Part shown: positions 61,379 through 64,000 of the stretch, piece by piece | Position numbering within the stretch: position 1 is the stretch's first letter | How the letters are laid out: each line of letters starts with the position of its first letter | Origin: an uncultured archaeon | Lineage (GTDB): Archaea; Thermoproteota; Nitrososphaeria_A; Caldarchaeales; Wolframiiraptoraceae | Assembly (NCBI GenBank): GCA_938083505.1 | Contig: CALKCF010000002.1 | Location: 32,001 to 96,000 of the forward strand | Direction of reading: 5' to 3' | DNA length: 64,000 nt | Notes under the pieces: generated by a model | Databases searched by the model: none | Seen by the model: the letters and a program-made list of their open reading frames with translations, nothing else | What the model was told of the DNA's origin: nothing | Position numbers and translations under genes: made by a program

Positions 61379-62269
61379 CTAATATACCAGCTTCTTTATA
61401 TCAACCACCTTCAGAAGTACGTAAAGCACAAGCAGAGCTATCACTACCAAAATTGTCGAAAGCGCGGCGGCGTAAGGCCATACGAAGTTAGCGGCATAGT
61501 TGGCTACCGATAAACCAAGCGTCTGTATACCTCCTGCCCATAAGGCTGGCGTTATGTAGTCTCCCAAAGTACTTACGAAGACGAATATGAAGCCCATCAC
61601 GACACCAGGAAGCGATAGCCTAAACGTTATATCAAAGAAGACACGGTGCGGTGGAGCCTTCAATACCTTGGCCGCGTTTATTATATCGGGATCTATTCTC
61701 GTTAAAGCAAGATACGATGGGAATATCATCCAAAGCAGATAGGTTTGAGGCCAGATTATGAGTAAAGCGCTACGCCCGAATAATAGCTCCAAAGGTTCTT
61801 TAATCACACCTAATGACATTAAGCTATAGTTAACTATGCCGCTCTCCCCCAATATCGGTAGCCAAGCAACAACACGGATGCTCCAGTCAATCAAGAAAGG
61901 TACGAGCAACAAGCTGACTACGAAAAACCTTGCGCGTGTACTTTTAACCCTAAACACCAAAAAGTATGCCATAGGATAACCAAGCAAGAAAGCTATCAAA
62001 CATGCAATTAAGGACATTCCAAATGTGTTTAACAGTATTGTTGACATTTGAGGTGACGTAAAGAATGTGACGTAATTACTCAGCGTAAAGTTTTCAGGGC
62101 CCGCAAGCGTAAACCTTTCAAAGAAGCTTATGCTGACTATCATGCTAAGGGGTATCAGCAAAAAAAGCAATAACAGCACAAAGCCTGGAAGAAGCAATAG
62201 GTAGCGGGAGTACTTGGAAACCCTGTCGAGAACGCCCATCTTCAATTGAGGGATGCTCAAGTCATACAC
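61379..62269 (-). CDS. ABC permease (PotB-like)
   Basis: FTLSNY, GYPMAY, LSLPGV, GDYITP. Confidence 0.88.
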   Translation of the reverse strand: MYDLSIPQLKMGVLDRVSKYSRYLLLLPGFVLLLLFLLIPLSMIVSISFFERFTLAGPENFTLSNYVTFFTSPQMSTILLNTFGMSLIACLIAFLLGYPMAYFLVFRVKSTRARFFVVSLLLVPFLIDWSIRVVAWLPILGESGIVNYSLMSLGVIKEPLELLFGRSALLIIWPQTYLLWMIFPSYLALTRIDPDIINAAKVLKAPPHRVFFDITFRLSLPGVVMGFIFVFVSTLGDYITPALWAGGIQTLGLSVANYAANFVWPYAAALSTILVVIALLVLYVLLKVVDIKKLVY

Positions 62270-63397
62270 CTACTTTCCGTATATTACTTCTTCTATGTCC
62301 AATCCTTCTATCATACACGGCTTCTCTATTAACAGGGCATCTTTTGCGCTCCATCCTAGAAGGTATGTCGACCCGAGGGTAAGGTTGCCCACTTTCTCAG
62401 TGGGAACGGAGACCTTTATTTTTGCGTTACCACCCGTTTGGAATACGTACTCCATGTAGTGACCGAAGTAGTAGTAACTGACAAGCTTAGCTTCTATTTT
62501 GTTTTCATATAGTTTAGCTTCCTCTCCTATCTTTACACGTTCAGGTCTTATCGCATACGCTACCTTATCACCAGATGAGAGAGTGTTCTTATTTTTGGGA
62601 TTTGCCTTGAGTTCGCCTATATCGGTGTTAAGGTAACACAGCTCACCATCCCAGGACTTAATTTGTGCCGAGAACAGATTTATCTCGCCGACGAATCTTG
62701 CGGCGAAAACCGTGGCAGGATTGTTGTAAACTTCTTCAGGCTTTCCGATCTGTTCTATTACTCCCGTGTTCATAACCATGACAGTATCTGCAAGGCTAAG
62801 TGCATGTTCTTGGACATGGGTTGTCAAGATGAAAGTGTTACCTACTTTTCTATGAATTTCTTTAAGATCCTCCATCAACTTCCTTTGTAGCCTGTAATCT
62901 ACATGGCTGAGCGGCTCATCAAGTAGAAGAATGCTTGGATTAATGACGAGTGCCCTCGCTAGCGCAACCCTTTGCCTTTGTCCACCACTCAGCTCAAGCG
63001 GCATTCTCTTTTCGAGTCCAGCTAAACCGACTAACTTTAGAGCTTCCTTCACCTCTTTCTCTATTTCTGACTTGTTCTTTCCTAACATCCTAAGACCGAA
63101 TGCTACGTTATCGAAGACGTTCATGTGTGGGAACAGAGCGTAGGTCTCCAACATCATCGAGACATCCCGCTTGTAGGGCGGAACATTCTTCATATCCATG
63201 CCGTTTATGTAAAGCTTCCCGGAGTCGTAATCTAATATACCTGCGATAATTTTCAATAGGGTACTCTTACCACATCCGCTAGGACCGACTATGACGAAGA
63301 AGTCCCCTGAATCTATGTCAAACGTTACTTTATTGAGTGCTAAAACTTCTTTTCCGTACCACTTCACGAGGTCCCTGGTCTCTAGGGCTTTACCCAT
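62270..63397 (-). CDS. ABC ATP-binding protein (PotA-like)
   Basis: GPSGCGKST, YALFPH, LSGGQRQRVALARAL, LLDEP, TOBE domain. Confidence 0.92.
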   Translation of the reverse strand: MGKALETRDLVKWYGKEVLALNKVTFDIDSGDFFVIVGPSGCGKSTLLKIIAGILDYDSGKLYINGMDMKNVPPYKRDVSMMLETYALFPHMNVFDNVAFGLRMLGKNKSEIEKEVKEALKLVGLAGLEKRMPLELSGGQRQRVALARALVINPSILLLDEPLSHVDYRLQRKLMEDLKEIHRKVGNTFILTTHVQEHALSLADTVMVMNTGVIEQIGKPEEVYNNPATVFAARFVGEINLFSAQIKSWDGELCYLNTDIGELKANPKNKNTLSSGDKVAYAIRPERVKIGEEAKLYENKIEAKLVSYYYFGHYMEYVFQTGGNAKIKVSVPTEKVGNLTLGSTYLLGWSAKDALLIEKPCMIEGLDIEEVIYGK

Positions 63398-63484
63398 GCC
63401 GGCATTACCTCTTCTATATTTTTAGGAAATATTACATTTTGACCTGCTTATATTTTTATCTTTAAATTAAACTTGCAGGGTTTT

Positions 63485-63514
63485 AGCATAAACTTTTTCG
63501 AAAAAGTTTATGCT
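63485..63514. promoter_or_regulatory. Perfect 30-bp palindrome in a divergent promoter region
   Basis: AGCATAAACTTTTTC|GAAAAAGTTTATGCT between the potA-like and DUF917 genes. Confidence 0.7.
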
Positions 63515-63607
63515 TTATGTCCAGAAGATCTTCCCGCAATTCGTTTGCATGTACGAAAAACTTATAAAAGGAATCTTCCCTCATTCTGCCCGTCGGAGGA
63601 ACTTCTA

Positions 63608-64000
63608 ATGAGAATTTTAAGGGAGAAAGAGCTAATAGATATAGTATACGGAGCCACTTTGCTTGGAGCTGGTGGCGGTGGTTCTCCTGAGAACGGAATA
63701 CAGCTTGTCAAGAGCATATTAGAAATTAGCGGAGAGGTTCGGATGGTAAGCCCAGAGGAAGTGCCGGATTATAGCATGGTAGCGGTCGTAGCGGGTATGG
63801 GTGCTCCAGAAGTATTGCTTAAGAGGGGATGGAGAAACGAGGACATACCTGCCCTTAGATTGTTGGAGCAAGTAGTTGGTAGGAAGATGGATTACATTAT
63901 TGCAATCGAAACAGGAGGCTTTAACTCTATAACACCACTTCATGCCGCTGTAGCAAGCGGCGTTCCAGCAATCGACGGTGACGGTGTAGGAAGAGCAATA
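63608..64000 (+). CDS. DUF917-family protein (partial, runs off window end)
   Basis: Open frame from ATG 63608: GATLLGAGGGGSP, GMGAP, IETGGFNS, IDGDGVGRA. Not in the ORF track. Confidence 0.88.
   Translation, partial: MRILREKELIDIVYGATLLGAGGGGSPENGIQLVKSILEISGEVRMVSPEEVPDYSMVAVVAGMGAPEVLLKRGWRNEDIPALRLLEQVVGRKMDYIIAIETGGFNSITPLHAAVASGVPAIDGDGVGRAI

Overview
Chromosomal window from an archaeon, most likely Thermoproteota/TACK. Evidence: archaeal PheRS, TyrS and AsnRS, a DGGGP synthase, a structural tRNA-splicing endonuclease subunit, Sec61beta, a TackOD1-like protein and tRNA introns. 1-14.4 kb is housekeeping (aroC, a probable B12 uptake pair, speD-speE, tyrS, pheT and pheS split by a two-gene cassette, tRNA-Leu). 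About 14.5-33.8 kb is a mosaic, partly decayed island between convergent tRNA-Leu(TAG) and tRNA-Thr(GGT). It carries surface-glycosylation genes and pseudogenes, an IS982 relic, internally deleted iscS/iscU plus an intact sufS, and an intact hemerythrin-DsrE-SCP2-cysteine-synthase-TusA operon. 34-54 kb is core metabolism and translation. 54-64 kb is a catabolic-looking locus with two GDHs, a degenerate chaperonin, a PotABCD-like importer and a DUF917 gene. Most striking: (1) a 320-aa intein inside the [4Fe-4S] motif of ABCE1/Rli1, whose +1 Cys is a cluster ligand; (2) a group II chaperonin paralog with degenerate ATPase motifs; (3) the sulfur-relay operon; (4) unannotated poly-Glu and Lys-rich micropeptides; (5) a tRNA-Trp with two introns; (6) candidate structured RNAs upstream of tyrS and speD. 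All calls come from motif recognition by eye; no searches were run.
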